Shown: positions 51,575 through 63,922 of the stretch, in pieces
Layout: each line of letters starts with the position of its first letter
How positions within the stretch are numbered: the stretch's first letter is position 1
Source: Somniosus microcephalus
Taxonomy: Eukaryota
Direction: 5' to 3'
NCBI GenBank assembly: GCA_052327205.1
Contig: CM126207.1
Location: 201,748,001-201,812,000, forward strand
Length of the DNA stretch: 64,000 nucleotides
Notes under the pieces: model-generated
The model's database searches: none
What the model saw: the letters and a program-made list of their open reading frames with translations, nothing else
Told to the model about the DNA's origin: nothing
Translations under genes and position numbers: made by a program

Positions 51575-52520
51575 CGTTACCTCTGGTGTCACTCAAAGAT
51601 CTATCCTGGGCCCCCTCCTATATCTCATCTACATGCTGCCCCTCGGCGACATCATCCAAAAGCACGGCGTACATTTCTACATGTACGCTAACAACACCCC
51701 GACAACAGTTCTCTTGACCCTCTAATTTGTCAGACTGCTTGTCTGACATCCAGTACTGGATGAGCAGAAATTTTCTCCAATTAAATATTGGGAAGAGTGA
51801 AGCCATTGCCTTTGGTTGCCGCCATAAACTCCATTCCCTAGCCACTGACTCCATCCCTCTCCCTAACATCTGTCTGAGGCTCAACCACACGGTTCGCAAC
51901 CTTGGTGTCATATTTGACCCTGAAATGCGCTTCAGACCACATATCCGCGCCATCATTAAGACCGCCTATTTCCACCTCCGTAACTTGATTATTCCAATGC
52001 ACTCCTGGCTGGCTGCCACATTCTAGCCTAGGTAAACTTGAGGTCATCCAAAACTCTGCTGCCTGTGTCCTAACTCGCACCAAGTCTCGTTCACCCATCA
52101 CCCATTGCTGACCTACTTTGGCTCCCAGTTAAGCAATGCCTCGATTTTAAAATTCTCATCTTTGTTTTCAAATCTCTCCATGGCCTCGCCCCTCTCTCTC
52201 TCTCTAATCCCCTCCAGCTCGCCCCGCCTCCCCGAGATATCTGCGCTCCTCTAATTCTAGCCTCTTGAGCATCCCTGATGTTAATCGCTCAACCATTGGG
52301 TGGCCGTGCCTTCAGCTGCCAAGTTCCTAAGCTCTGGAATTCCCTGCCTAAACCTCTCCACCTCTCTTTCCTCTTAAGACACTCCTTAAAACCTACCTCT
52401 TCTAATTTCTCTTAATTTCTCCTTATGTGACTCAGTGTCAAATTTTGTTTTAGAACACTCCTATGAAGCGCCTTGGGATGTTATACTACATTAAAGGCTC
52501 TATATAGATGCAAGTTGATA
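51575..52520 (+). mobile_element. L2-clade LINE 3' fragment
   Basis: SGVTQRSILGPLL, HFYMYAN, DCLSDIQYWMSRNFLQLN, RNLGVIFD; tail gaagcgccttgggatg...tatatagatgcaagttg. Confidence 0.85.
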
Positions 52521-52679
52521 ATCTGAGAAGCCCCTAATTGTTCCATTCAAATCTAAATTATAACAAACTGGTAAGTTAAACCTACACATGTAGAATTAAA
52601 AATGATGCTCAACCAGTGGCACATGTTATTTGAAGTTTTGCTAACGAAGTGGAATGTTTACACAATGGAAGTCAGTTAA

Positions 52680-52835
52680 CAACAACAACACCAACTTGCA
52701 TTTATATAGCATCTTTAATGCCAAGGCGTTTCACAGGAACGTTATCAAACAAAATTTGACACCAAGCCACATGAGATATTAGGGCAGATGACCAAAAGCT
52801 TGGTTGAAGAGGTTGGTTTTAATGAACATCTTAAA
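52680..52835 (-). mobile_element. L2 3' tail fragment
   Basis: aacaacaacaac...aacttgcatttatatagc...ccaaggcgtttcacagg, antisense to 52420-52520. Confidence 0.65.
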
Positions 52836-52969
52836 GTTATTTGATTCCATATTGACATTGTACTAACATGACAACTCCCTTTATCCTTCCTAAAACAAAT
52901 TTTCAGCATGGTTTTTCTGTGACAACTCCCCACCACTGCACCGCCCCACCGCCCCCCCCCCCCCAACAA

Positions 52970-53042
52970 AACCCCCGGTCCAAAAAACCCTTGAAACCTA
53001 CTGCGCCCCCCAACCCCCGGTCCAAAAAACCCTTGAAACCTA
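52970..53042 (+). repeat. Exact 31-bp direct duplication (period 42)
   Basis: aacccccggtccaaaaaacccttgaaaccta at 52970-53000 and 53012-53042. Confidence 0.9.
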
Positions 53043-55972
53043 TTTTTTTTATCTGATGATTTTTAACTAATTTTGAAAAACACTTTTTTAAGTCAAAATA
53101 GTCCACTGCAGCAATACATGGCAGTAAAGATATAGATTGTAGTAAAATAAGTTACTTTATTTCATAGAAATAGCCTGGCATAGAGCCCTGGCAAAGGATT
53201 TTTAGTAATTTATGGAAGTTTACTATATTTAAAATAGTTGTGTTCTCCTTAGCATATAAGATGCTTAAATAAAAGTTTAATAAGTGTTTGGACAGTGACG
53301 CAGGATATTTTTTGAAAACTTAGATAAAAGGGAAATAACTAATCCCTCTCTTTCTCTTCACACTTCCCCGTCATATATACTAACGCCGACAGTCGCAGCC
53401 TATACCTGACGAATGGCTACACCACTTGGTCACCCCTGGAATCATATCCCAGCAAGAGTCACCACCTTCTGGAGAAAAGGGGAAAATGTATTATTAAATA
53501 TTGTCTCAAGCAATTTTGACAAGCTTTTACTATGACCATGGTTCAGGGTGATTATACAATGGAAAAACAGGGTTTTAGGTATTTCAATTAGCATACAATA
53601 TATTGACATTTAAATGGCTTATGAACATATAAGTGAATGGATTTGCAATAATTTGTCAAATTAATCTAGCAGACCTAATATGGCTTGCTTAGTGGGTGCT
53701 ATACCTTTCCACATGTATAAAATCTATACCATTGATCTGTGATCCAACCATATTCCCATTTCAGGTTATGTGTTTTTGCTGACAACTCTGGTGTATAAAT
53801 TTAAGGCTGTATGACATTTGAGAATATCTACCAAAAGCCATTGAGAGGCCACCCAGTGACTTGTCCTGCATTGTTTCTTCATGAAGTCAAAATAAATCAT
53901 TTCTAAGTTAATGCATGGTGACCATGCTCAACTAAGGGTTTGATCTGAAGAAGCCCATTGTGAATTACATCATCCAGTAGATAACCTAATGTCCCACAGT
54001 TTTATATGTTTAAAAAATAATTGGGGGTGAGGTGGGCAGGGAGGGAGGGGGGAGGAACACATTTTTGTCTTGGTCCAGAAAGGTGTGAAAGAAAACTTTG
54101 TGATGGCCAATCAAATAAAATTTCAGCACCCAGGTTTCCAAATATTTGAAAGGGAAGTCCTATATCTGACAGATGGAAGTTGCTTGAAGATCCAAGAGAA
54201 AGCAAAACATTTAGGCTAAAATTTCAAGAAGATGTAGGTGTCCTGTGATTGGCTGAATACCTTCACTGGCCATGTGCTTGTGACCGATTTTTGCCACCAT
54301 CCATAAAATGGATGGAACAGGCCACTCATCTAATGCTCACCTCCGATACTCAGAACCTTAATTTCTCATCTATGAATTTCCTAAAGTGCTAGCAGCTCAC
54401 TGCTTTGTAAGTACTGGAACGGACCATCCAGTCTTTGAATTTGATTCCAACGTGGAATATTTGTGTCGCTTGTTGGGATAGTGTGAATGCCCCAAAGCTA
54501 ACCTCAACTTAACAACTGTGCTCGGTGATACAACAGCGACTGTCCCTGCAGAATCTCATGCCCTGGTAACCACAAAATCTAATCTTGCCCAAAAATGGTA
54601 GTACTAGATATTGCCTATCCAAGAACGTCAGGACTCAACTTCCTCTGAAAATGATTTGAAATGAACAATCTCCCATTTTATAGTTTTAACAGACATTTTA
54701 ATTTTGGTCACTGTGTGATTGGCTAGTGCCCTTCTCCCTAATGTAGTGAGCTGAGCGCACAAGGAGACATGCTAATGAAAGACTACGCTAGCGCTGATTC
54801 GCTGTTTCACAAATGAACTACTGCTTTTTGCAATTTATTTTGTGCATTTATGACTCATTATAAAGATAAACAGAATATTACTGCTTGTTTTTATTTTACA
54901 GGTGTTACCAATCTTTCACCTTGTTTTCAATGCCTCCCAAAGGATATGTGATTAAATGTATGCTCTCTCTGATACTTGTAAAGGGTCAAAAAACAAAATG
55001 ATTTTTGGTAGCCTGAGTGTTACCCAGGGGATGTGACCCTACAACAAAGGGTCATTCTCTGCTCTGAGAGAACCTGGGTTGAATATCAACCAGAGTAGAG
55101 GTGTAGGGTGTGTTCTGGAGGCTTTTGCATTGCTCATACTTCATTGAAGGTTTGTTTACATCTATAATGTACTGCACTTAGTCTATAGCACAGGAAGTAT
55201 TTGAGAACAGTGCTAAATAAAATGTGACTTCTATTGATTATTAAAATGATTAAATATTTATAATGGATCGTAGGAAAATGGTCCTATTTCCTTATGAATT
55301 CCCTGTCTCACATAGTAATATGTGCCATTGTACTGAGCAACACCCAAATTGTTCAAATCATCTTTTTCCCCCGGCTACACAGCTTATAAACTTTAAAAAC
55401 TCAAATTATATTTTAATGTTCAGCTTGCTATAAGAAAAATGATCTTCTATTGGCCAGGGATTTTTGTTAGGGGAGGGGTGAATTAGCAGTTTGTTGCCGA
55501 GCTTAGTTGAATATTTAGATTCAGATAAAATTTTCAGTTGATCAGTGGATTGCTATTTCTATGGGGAGATGTACAGAGTAATTTGGGGCTTAATTATAGT
55601 GATTCATTCTCCAATTCCAGGAACGCTGAACATTGTTTTCTTAGCAAATACATCCATGACCTATTTTAAAATCTTCATTTGCACTTCAGTGTAATACTAC
55701 ACACTCTGGTCTGTCTCACCCAGAGCTAAAGCTTGTTGTAGGCACCAAGTTGAAATTTGGGCACCCGTTGAAGAACCAGTCACCACCTCAGTACTACAAT
55801 GTGTACTAATTTGAGCTCAGATTTTGATTTTAATATAAAGTCCAGTGTCTTAAAGTTTTAGCTACCATTGTAAAGTGCACAAACTTTAGGTATTTAGAAT
55901 GAAGAATATTGAGTCTTTAATGGATTCTATAATTAAAGGGTGCTTCCTAGCACTAGTCACAGGAGCGCTAAT

Positions 55973-57128
55973 TGCTGCCCACTGGAAAGATGAGTTAAGA
56001 TAGGCTAACTATATATTAAGCTTATTTCAAAAGCAAAAATTAATATTCTGGTATCTGTCCAAAATCTGCGCTGATTGAAGCACATTATATTGTAAAAAAT
56101 TATTGATTCTTTCCAAAACTCTGACCGTAACGGTGCTTGGACTGTGGAAGTAAACTGAATCAATGTGACATTTGAATTGCAGCTTGAATGCATCCTGGAA
56201 TAATTAGTCAGTAAACTGCAAAGATCAATTTATTGATCACACAAATGAGAATTTGAATTGTAGACTGATTTGCAGGTGGTTCAAATTATGCTGACTCCAC
56301 AGCTTTCTAATCTGAATAAATCACATCAGCAATGAAGATACCTAAAATGGCACAGCACAAGTTGATGCCTGACTCTGTTTGATAAAGAAAGCTTTTCCTG
56401 TACATGTTACAGTATTTGAATTATTTATTTTTACCTTTTGATCAGCATGCCATGGCTGAAAATATAATAGCTTCTAAATTCACTTTGAATATGAATTGTT
56501 ATTGAGTGCCGTTAGAGAACAAACTATGGAAATTTGATTTGTAAATCAAGTACAAATTGTAAAATTTGTGACCGGTGAAAAATTCTTCTTTTATCAAGCC
56601 ATTCGGCATCAACTTGTGCTGCGCCATTTTAGGTATCTTCATTGCTGATAAGATCTATTCAGAATTAGCTATATAACATAACTGGAACCTACAGAAGTGA
56701 GAGCATAAGAAAGTGACTAATAATAAGACTAAATTGTCTGTTTATATTGGAGGAAAACACCTAAGCGGATAGTAGTTAGCCAGTAGGAATTGCCAAGTTA
56801 ATTAAGATAGAGTGGCAGTCCATCATGTGTAAAAACCATGGTTGTGATCTGTATTTTTGCAGATCGTAAAAGCAAGCCAACTGGTAAATGGAAAAAAACA
56901 CACATAACCTTTTGAGTATTATAATTGTGTAATGGTCTTTTTCTTCAATTAACTCATTACTGCATTTGAGATAAAAATGTTGAGAGGAAATATCCTCTTA
57001 AAGCTCATTGGAATAGTTCAGTAAAATACCTGTTAATTGAAGACTGGTTTGAAAATATTAATTTTTGCTTTTGAAATAAGCTTAATATATAGTTAGCCTA
57101 TCTTAACTCATCTTTCCAGTGGGCAGCA
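55973..57128. repeat. Perfect 75-bp inverted repeat with 1006-bp spacer
   Basis: 55973-56047 is the exact reverse complement of 57054-57128. Confidence 0.95.
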
Positions 57129-57557
57129 CGCTCGCCTCCGAGTCAGAAGGTTGTGGGCTCAAGTCCCACTCCAGAGACTTGAGCACTAAAATCTGAGCTG
57201 ACACTCCAGTGGAGTGCTGCACTGTCGGCGGTGCTGTCTTTCGGATGAGGCGTTACACCGAGGCCCCGTCTGTGTGCTCAGGTGGATGTAAAAGAACCCA
57301 TGGCACTATTTTGAAGAAGAGCAGCGGAAATATCCCTGGTGTCCTGGCCAATATTTATCCCTCAGTCAACATAACAAAAACAGATTATCTGGTTATTATC
57401 ACATTGCTGTTTGTGGGAGCTTGCTGTGTGCAAATTGGCTGCTGCGTTTCCTACATTACAACTGTGACTACATTTCAAAATTACTTAATTGGCTGTAAAG
57501 CGCTTTGGGGTGTCCGGTGGTTATGAAAGACACTATACAAATGTAAGTCTTTCTTTC
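57117..57557 (+). mobile_element. SacSINE1/DeuSINE-like SINE, near full length
   Basis: gcctccgagtcagaaggttgtggg head, Deu core gtgctgcactgtcggcggtgctgtctttcggatgag, L2-like tail gtaaagcgctttggg...gaaagacactatacaaatg. Confidence 0.85.
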
Positions 57558-57559
57558 CA

Positions 57560-57790
57560 TGGGAATCTACAGTCCTTGCCCCTCACAGCATCAAACTGCC
57601 TCTTGAATGACTCCAGGGTTTTGGTCTCCACTACCCGCCCCTGAAAATCATTCCAGGTATTAATCATCCTGTGTGAAGACGTGCTTCCTAGGAACATAGG
57701 AACGGGAGTAGACCATTCAGTCCCTCGAGCCTGCTCCGCCATTCAATTACATCATGACTCATCTGTATCTCAATACCATTTACCCTACAG
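57560..57790 (-). mobile_element. Two short antisense CR1 3' fragments
   Basis: Minus ORF HRMINTWND...; gaacataggaacgggagtagaccattcag...gagcctgctccgccattcaa. Confidence 0.7.
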
Positions 57791-57994
57791 CTCTGTGGCT
57801 TCTTTTTCTGATATTCCAGTAAGGTGACTAAACTACTGATGAAAGTTACATGTGTCTCATTGAGGTGGTAATTGAACAGAAATGTGTTTGGAAACCAGTT
57901 TTTATTTTGAAATGTAGACTTGAATTTTGGTACGTATTGATGCTGGTTTTGCATCCAATTGGCTCTTTGGTATAATATGGCAGTGGTTACTTGC

Positions 57995-59965
57995 TTACTC
58001 CCAGAGATGTCGGGGAACATAGGGTCTAATGAGAGGGAGGAACTGAATGAAATCAGTATTTGTAGGGAAATGGTGTTAGGGAAATTGACGGGATTGAAGG
58101 CCGATAAATCCCCAGGGCCTGATAATCTACATCCTAGGGTACTTAAGGAAGTGGCCCTAGAAATAGTAGATGCATTGCTGGTCATCTTCCAAAATTTGAT
58201 AGACTCGAACAGTTCCCATGGATTGGAGGGTAGCTAATGTAACCCCACTATTTAAAAAAGGTGGTAGAGAAAAAACGGGGAATTATAGACCGGTAAGCCT
58301 GACATCGGTAGTGGGGAAAATGCTAGAGTCCATTATAAAAGATGTAATAGCAGAGCACTTGGAAAACAGTGACAGGATCGGACAAAGTCAACATGGATTT
58401 ACAAAAGGTAAATCATGCTTGACTAATCTACTGGAATTTTTTGAGGATGTACAGGAAACTTTGTGCTATCCGGCACCCACGGGACCGAGCTGCTGCCGTT
58501 GCCTAAAAAGTGCCGTACTCTCCAGAGTTAATGTTGAGAGATACGGAGATTCTTATCTCCGTATTTGACAACAAACACTGTTGCTTAGCAACAGCTTCTA
58601 AACACTCGGGTGTGGCCCTAAAGCTCTGTAGCTGAAGCTGTTGCTATAGCTACAGACCTTGCACAGCTTGACTGTTCAAACAAAGCAAAAAAAACAAACA
58701 AAAATAATAAAAAACAGCTGCTGATTTTTACCAGTGGCTCCAGATTGCCGGATAGCTCACCTCCGGATAGCACAAAGTTTCCTGTAACTGGTAGAATAGA
58801 TAAGGGAGAACCAGTGGATGTGGTGTATTTGGACTTTCAGAAGGCTTTCGATAAGGTCCCGCATAAGAGACTAGCGTGCAAAGTTAAAGCACATGGGATT
58901 GGGGGTAAGGCACTGACTTGGATAGAAAACTGGTTGGCAGACAGGAAGCAAAGAGTTGGAATAAACGGGTCTTTTTCTGAGTGGAAGGCAGTGACTAGTG
59001 GGGTACCGCAGGGATCGGTGCTAGAACCCCAGTTATTCACAATATATATTAATCTAGACGAGGGAACTAGATGTAATATCGCCAAGTTTTCAGATGACAC
59101 AAAGCTGGGTGGGCGTGTGTGATAGGAGGATGCAGAGAAACTCCAGTACGATTTGGACAGGTTGGGCGATTGGGCAGATGCAGTATAATGTGGATAAATG
59201 CGAGGTTATCCAATTAGATTGGGAAAAGGGGAAGTGCAACGAGACCTGGGTGTCCTTGTGCACCAGTCGCTGAAGGTAAGCATGCAGGTGCAGCAGGCGG
59301 TTAAGAAGGCAAATGGTATGCTGGCCTTCATAGCGGGAGGATTCGAGTACAGGAACAAGGATGTCTTGCTGCAGTTGTACAGGGCCTTGGTGAGACCACA
59401 CCTTGAGTATTGTGTGCAGTTTTGGTCACCTTATCTGAGGAAGGATGTTCTTGCCATGGAGGGAGTGCAGCGAAGATTCACCAGACTGATACCTGGGATG
59501 GCAGGAGTGACGTACGAGGAGAGATTGGGTCGATTAGGCTTATATTCGCTAGAGTTTAGAAGATTGAGAGGGGATCTCATTGAAACTTATAAAATTCTAA
59601 CAGGACTAGACAGACTAGATGCAGGAAGGCTGTCCCCGATGGCGGGGGAGTCCAGAACCAGGGGTCACAGTCTAAGGATAAGGGGTAAGCCATTTAGGAT
59701 TGAGATGAGAAGGAATTTCTTCACCCAGAGAGTGGTGAACCTGTGGAATTCTCTACCACAGAAGACAGTTGAGGCCAATTCATTAAATATATTCAAGAAG
59801 GAGTTAGATATATTTCTTAAGGCTAAGGGGATCCAGGGATATGGGGAGAAAGCAGGGACAGGGTACTGAATTTAGATGATCAACCATGATCGCATTGAAT
59901 GGTGGAGCAGGCTCGAGGGGCCGAATGGCCTACTCCTGCTCCTATCTTCTATGTTTCTATGTTTT
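57995..59965 (+). mobile_element. HER1-like CR1 LINE (RT and 3'UTR)
   Basis: [60 protein letters not shown]; tail ggccgaatggcctactcctgctcc...ttctatgtttctatg. Confidence 0.95.
58452..58784. mobile_element. Tigger-like MITE family A, copy 3, inserted in CR1
   Basis: Perfect 22-bp TIR caggaaactttgtgctatccgg; TA duplication; excision restores CR1 [15 protein letters not shown]. Confidence 0.9.
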
Positions 59966-60329
59966 TAAGAACCAGACAACAGTTGGTCCATGTTTTCTCT
60001 CCATTCCAGAAATGTAACTTCTAACCTGCAAGATAGCGGTGTTCATATAGATTTCAAATTTAGATCATTTGAGGTAAGGGGTACGAGTTTCTCACGGTAA
60101 AGCTCTGTTCTACCATCAACTAGGATATATTGTGCATCACTATTAAAGACATCATAAGGGGAACAAAAATTGAGCAAGTATACCCATACCATAACATTCT
60201 TTTTGCCTGGCTTTGCTGATGGGATTTACGGATCAAATTTAATTCAAGAACACAACTATAATTTTACCATTACATGTTTGTATTAGATGTTCCATTCCCT
60301 TGTATCCACTTTGTGATTCAGAAAGATTT

Positions 60330-60694
60330 AAGAACATAAGAAAAAGCAGAAGCAGGAGTAGGCCATATGGCCCCTCGAGCCTGCTCCGCCATTCAGTAAG
60401 ATCATGGCTGATCCATATCCCTTGATTCCAAAAATCTATCTATCTCAGCCTTGAATATACTCAAAGACTTGGCATTCACAGCCCTCTGGGGCAGAGAATT
60501 CCAAAGATTCACAACCCCGAGTGAAGAAATTCCTCCTCATCTCAGTCTTAAATGACCAACCCCTTATCCTGAGACTATGCCCCCTAGTTCTAGACACTCC
60601 AGCCAGGGGAAACAACCTCTCAGCATCTTTCCTGTCAATCTCCTTCAGAATCTCATATGTTTCAATGAGATCACCTCTCATTCTTCTAAATTCC
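60330..60694 (-). mobile_element. Antisense CR1 3' fragment abutting the NUP93 exon acceptor
   Basis: Minus ORF MRGDLIETYEILK...RTRGHSLRI; antisense tail aagaacataag...gcaggagtaggcc. Confidence 0.9.
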
Positions 60695-60712
60695 CTGTGT
60701 ATGTTTTGACAG

Positions 60713-60841
60713 ACATTTGCAATGGCAGAGAGGTATCACTGGGAGTCCATGCTGGTGGAATGGGAACATGAGAAGCAGAAGATCCTCCATACTCTTCTGG
60801 CATCAGGGGAGGATGCTCTCGACTTCACCCAGGAGACTGAG
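60713..60841 (+). CDS. NUP93: Nucleoporin 93 coding exon (human exon 5 equivalent)
   Basis: tgacag|[43 protein letters not shown]|gtaagt; 129 nt. Confidence 0.97.
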
Positions 60842-61321
60842 GTAAGTCGCAATGTGACGAGAAATTTAGGATATAGAATAAGAGAATGCCATTAATTCTA
60901 CACTTTGATTCAGTTTTAGCACAAATAAATATCAAATTTTTAAAGTGTGACTACCATTCTTTTATTCATCTAAATTTTTGAAAATCTTCAGATTTAATAA
61001 CTATTAAACAATTTATCATGACGTAATATATTTTTGCTACTGAAGCTTGTAGCTTTGTTTTTAAGCGATATAATAAACTTGATTTTTATATTCGAATGCA
61101 CGGTAGACTTGAAAATGTACAGTATCATTTATCATGTGAACTTGCTGAGCATTTTTCTATTGTCATGCAAGGAGTTTAACTGTTTACAGACCTTGTGGTG
61201 ATGAAATTGTGCTGATACTAGTAACTAAGATTTTAATGCATTCATATGAAATACCTTTATCACTTATTTTAACTTTGAATTTGCATAAGCAGCTAAAAGC
61301 ACTTTTGTTAAAGAAAGCTTT

Positions 61322-61660
61322 CCTGATGGGCTAGTGGGCAAAGATGGCACTGAGCCATATAGGCTAGAAGGTCCTCTGTTCAATTCCCAGTGTGTGCTGG
61401 GTTAGCTGATATTGCCTGAGGCCACAGTTGAACTGCTGCAGTGGACATCAGTGCCTTTGGCTATGAAGGGGGAAAAAATCAGCCAGCATTCATGCCTATC
61501 CAGTGACTCTTGCTAAAAAGTGCATGTATGTGTGGACATTGGGTGAGTTATTGGGCTAAGCTGTGATCTCCTTCATGGTTGAGCAGTCTGCCAATGCTTA
61601 CTGTCTGTGTAAACGTATGAAGAATGGGTTAATTACCATGGTCTTGCTGGTTCCTCCAGG
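61322..61660 (+). mobile_element. AmnSINE2-like ancient SINE (most complete copy)
   Basis: tRNA-like head, ggaaaaaatcagccagc...atccagtgactcttgctaaaaagtgcatgtatgtgtggac...tgaagaatgg. Family name from memory. Confidence 0.6.
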
Positions 61661-61906
61661 AGAGGAGCAGAGCAAATTTGGAAAAATTAAAAGACTATGA
61701 CATATGCACATATTCGAGCACTGCAGTGATACATACTTGCGGACCTCTCAAATAGCTATCAAAAACTAGTTAAAAGTAGACAGAATGGGAAGTTTTCATG
61801 TATATCTTTGTCTTTAATCAGTAAATGTTTCTGACTTGGAGGTCAATAAATTGATGTAAAACATTTTCATACTAAAGCTGGATGTCTACTCTTCCTTTAT
61901 AAACAG

Positions 61907-61981
61907 CCAAGTTTTGTTAGTGAGATGGGACCACCAGGACGCAGTGCATTGGACAGTGTGGAAGTGGCTTATGCTCGACAG
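61907..61981 (+). CDS. NUP93: Nucleoporin 93 coding exon (human exon 6 equivalent)
   Basis: aaacag|[25 protein letters not shown]|gtgtgt; 75 nt. Confidence 0.95.
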
Positions 61982-62726
61982 GTGTGTAAATGCTGATTTG
62001 TACCTGCAGGTTTTAGCTTTTTAGATGCAGGAAATGTTTTCAGTTATGAAGACTCACACTAAACCCATCACTTTGCTGAAAGGCAAGATTACAATTCATT
62101 CAGTCATTTTCACTCACTGTAAAATTTGCCTTGAGATATTTGAAGTTTGTTGTAGAGACACTAGATGTGGCGAGATATGTTTAAGCCTTTAAAGAAAAAG
62201 CATATTTTCTAGTGTATATTTATAAAACTAGAGAGTACAACTGAGAGTTCTAGGATCATTTTGCCTTCCTACCCTTTTAATGAGGAAGTAGCCTAAGGTA
62301 TGAGCGACCAAAAAAAGTGCAAAAAATACATTGAAGAGAGAAGGCCAATAAAATAAAATTAGAGGTGCAATACTAATGACCTATATAGTGGAACAGTCTG
62401 TATCTGACTCTCATATCCAAGTCAACACATCAGAGTTTACATGTACATAGTGTGCTCATTTAATACAGGACTGCAGATTTAAACGTATTGTTAATAACGC
62501 TTGATTGCATGTTGACATATCTACCTACAGTATATCTTGTTCCTAATGTGATTGTATGTCATGCCCACTGTGTATATATAGTGCCCACTTAGTGTGGGCT
62601 TTTTACTTTGCTTCACACGGTTGCACACAGAGTGACTGATGCAGTTATGTACAAATATTCATGCAAAATCCCTCAGCCTTAAAGCTTGAGATTTGACATG
62701 TTCTCTGTCCTTTTTGCTCATTACAG

Positions 62727-62819
62727 ATCTATGTATATAATGAGAAGGTAGTGAATGGGCATCTACAACCAAACCTAGGAGACCTTTGCAGTACTGTAGC
62801 TGAGTCTTTGGATGACAAG
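62727..62819 (+). CDS. NUP93: Nucleoporin 93 coding exon (human exon 7 equivalent)
   Basis: ttacag|[31 protein letters not shown]|gtaccc; 93 nt. Confidence 0.95.
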
Positions 62820-63922
62820 GTACCCAGATATAAAAATCTCCACTATTACTGTACATTCATTTGTGTTCAGAGAATTAGTGTTAAATGTTACACAAAGTAT
62901 TGATTTGTTTTAAATTAAGTGCTTTTTTTGTTGTACTGCATAATCAGTTCTAGATTTTTATTATATACTTTAATGTTAGTACCTTCAAAGGTTAATTTTG
63001 CTGAGACTGTTTTATGATACTATACCTAATGTTCTGTATTTTTAATTAAACCTAATCTGTGCATTTCTTTGACATTAGAAATTTTGCTTGAAAGCTAAAG
63101 AAACACAATAGTTTAATTGCACTTCCTCTTACTTTTATTATTGCTTTGTTTCCATATGGTTCACCTTCATCTTTGCAGCTTGTCTCTCTCGCTCCTGTAC
63201 CACCCCTGAAAATTGAAACATTGCTGATGAATTTGTAACATGGCAATAACCCATCCACCAATCAGCCATTCAGTACAACCTAGAAATCTTACAAGATTCA
63301 GAGACTGCTTGATTTGGCCTACAGTTATTCTGTTAGTCATGCAACTTCTTTGCATTGCTAAAGTAGGCTGTAGATCATTGAAGCATAGTTTGTATTTTGG
63401 TTATCATCGGAAACGAGCCCAATTGTTGGTTTGGCATTTGACTGTGAAGTGTATTCATGTCTTGTGGGTTATGTTTAGTCTTAGACAAGTGGAGGCTGAG
63501 CTCTCGGTTTCCTCTCCCCAGCAACCATTCATGGATCTGTGCCTCTCCTAGTTGTTGACTCGAGAACGGCATTGGAAGAAGGTTGCTATTCTTCCCTTTT
63601 GGCTAGGGAATAGTATCTAGTGCTGTGGAAAAGAGCTACAAAATAATAAAAATAGATTTTTTTAAAGGAAAAGATTATTTTGTCTGCCCATGAAATTAAT
63701 TTTGACTGTAATTGTGCAATGTTACAAAAATTTGGAGTTGTAATGAAAGAATCTTTTGTATGTGGTATGTGTAATTCAGTACAAGTACCTGCTATAATGA
63801 TGCAACGTTTCCAGGAAGAGGAGTAGTAAACATTATTTTCCAACAATGCATCTACCTCAAGGACATTGTTTGTGAAATACTAGAAAGCTGTTGTACTCAT
63901 TTGACTGATTTCTTGCTTATAG

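Noticed and set aside
57959-59869. CR1 ORFs as a functional or domesticated gene
   Set aside because: 5'-truncated, frameshifted and interrupted by a MITE; an ordinary dead copy.
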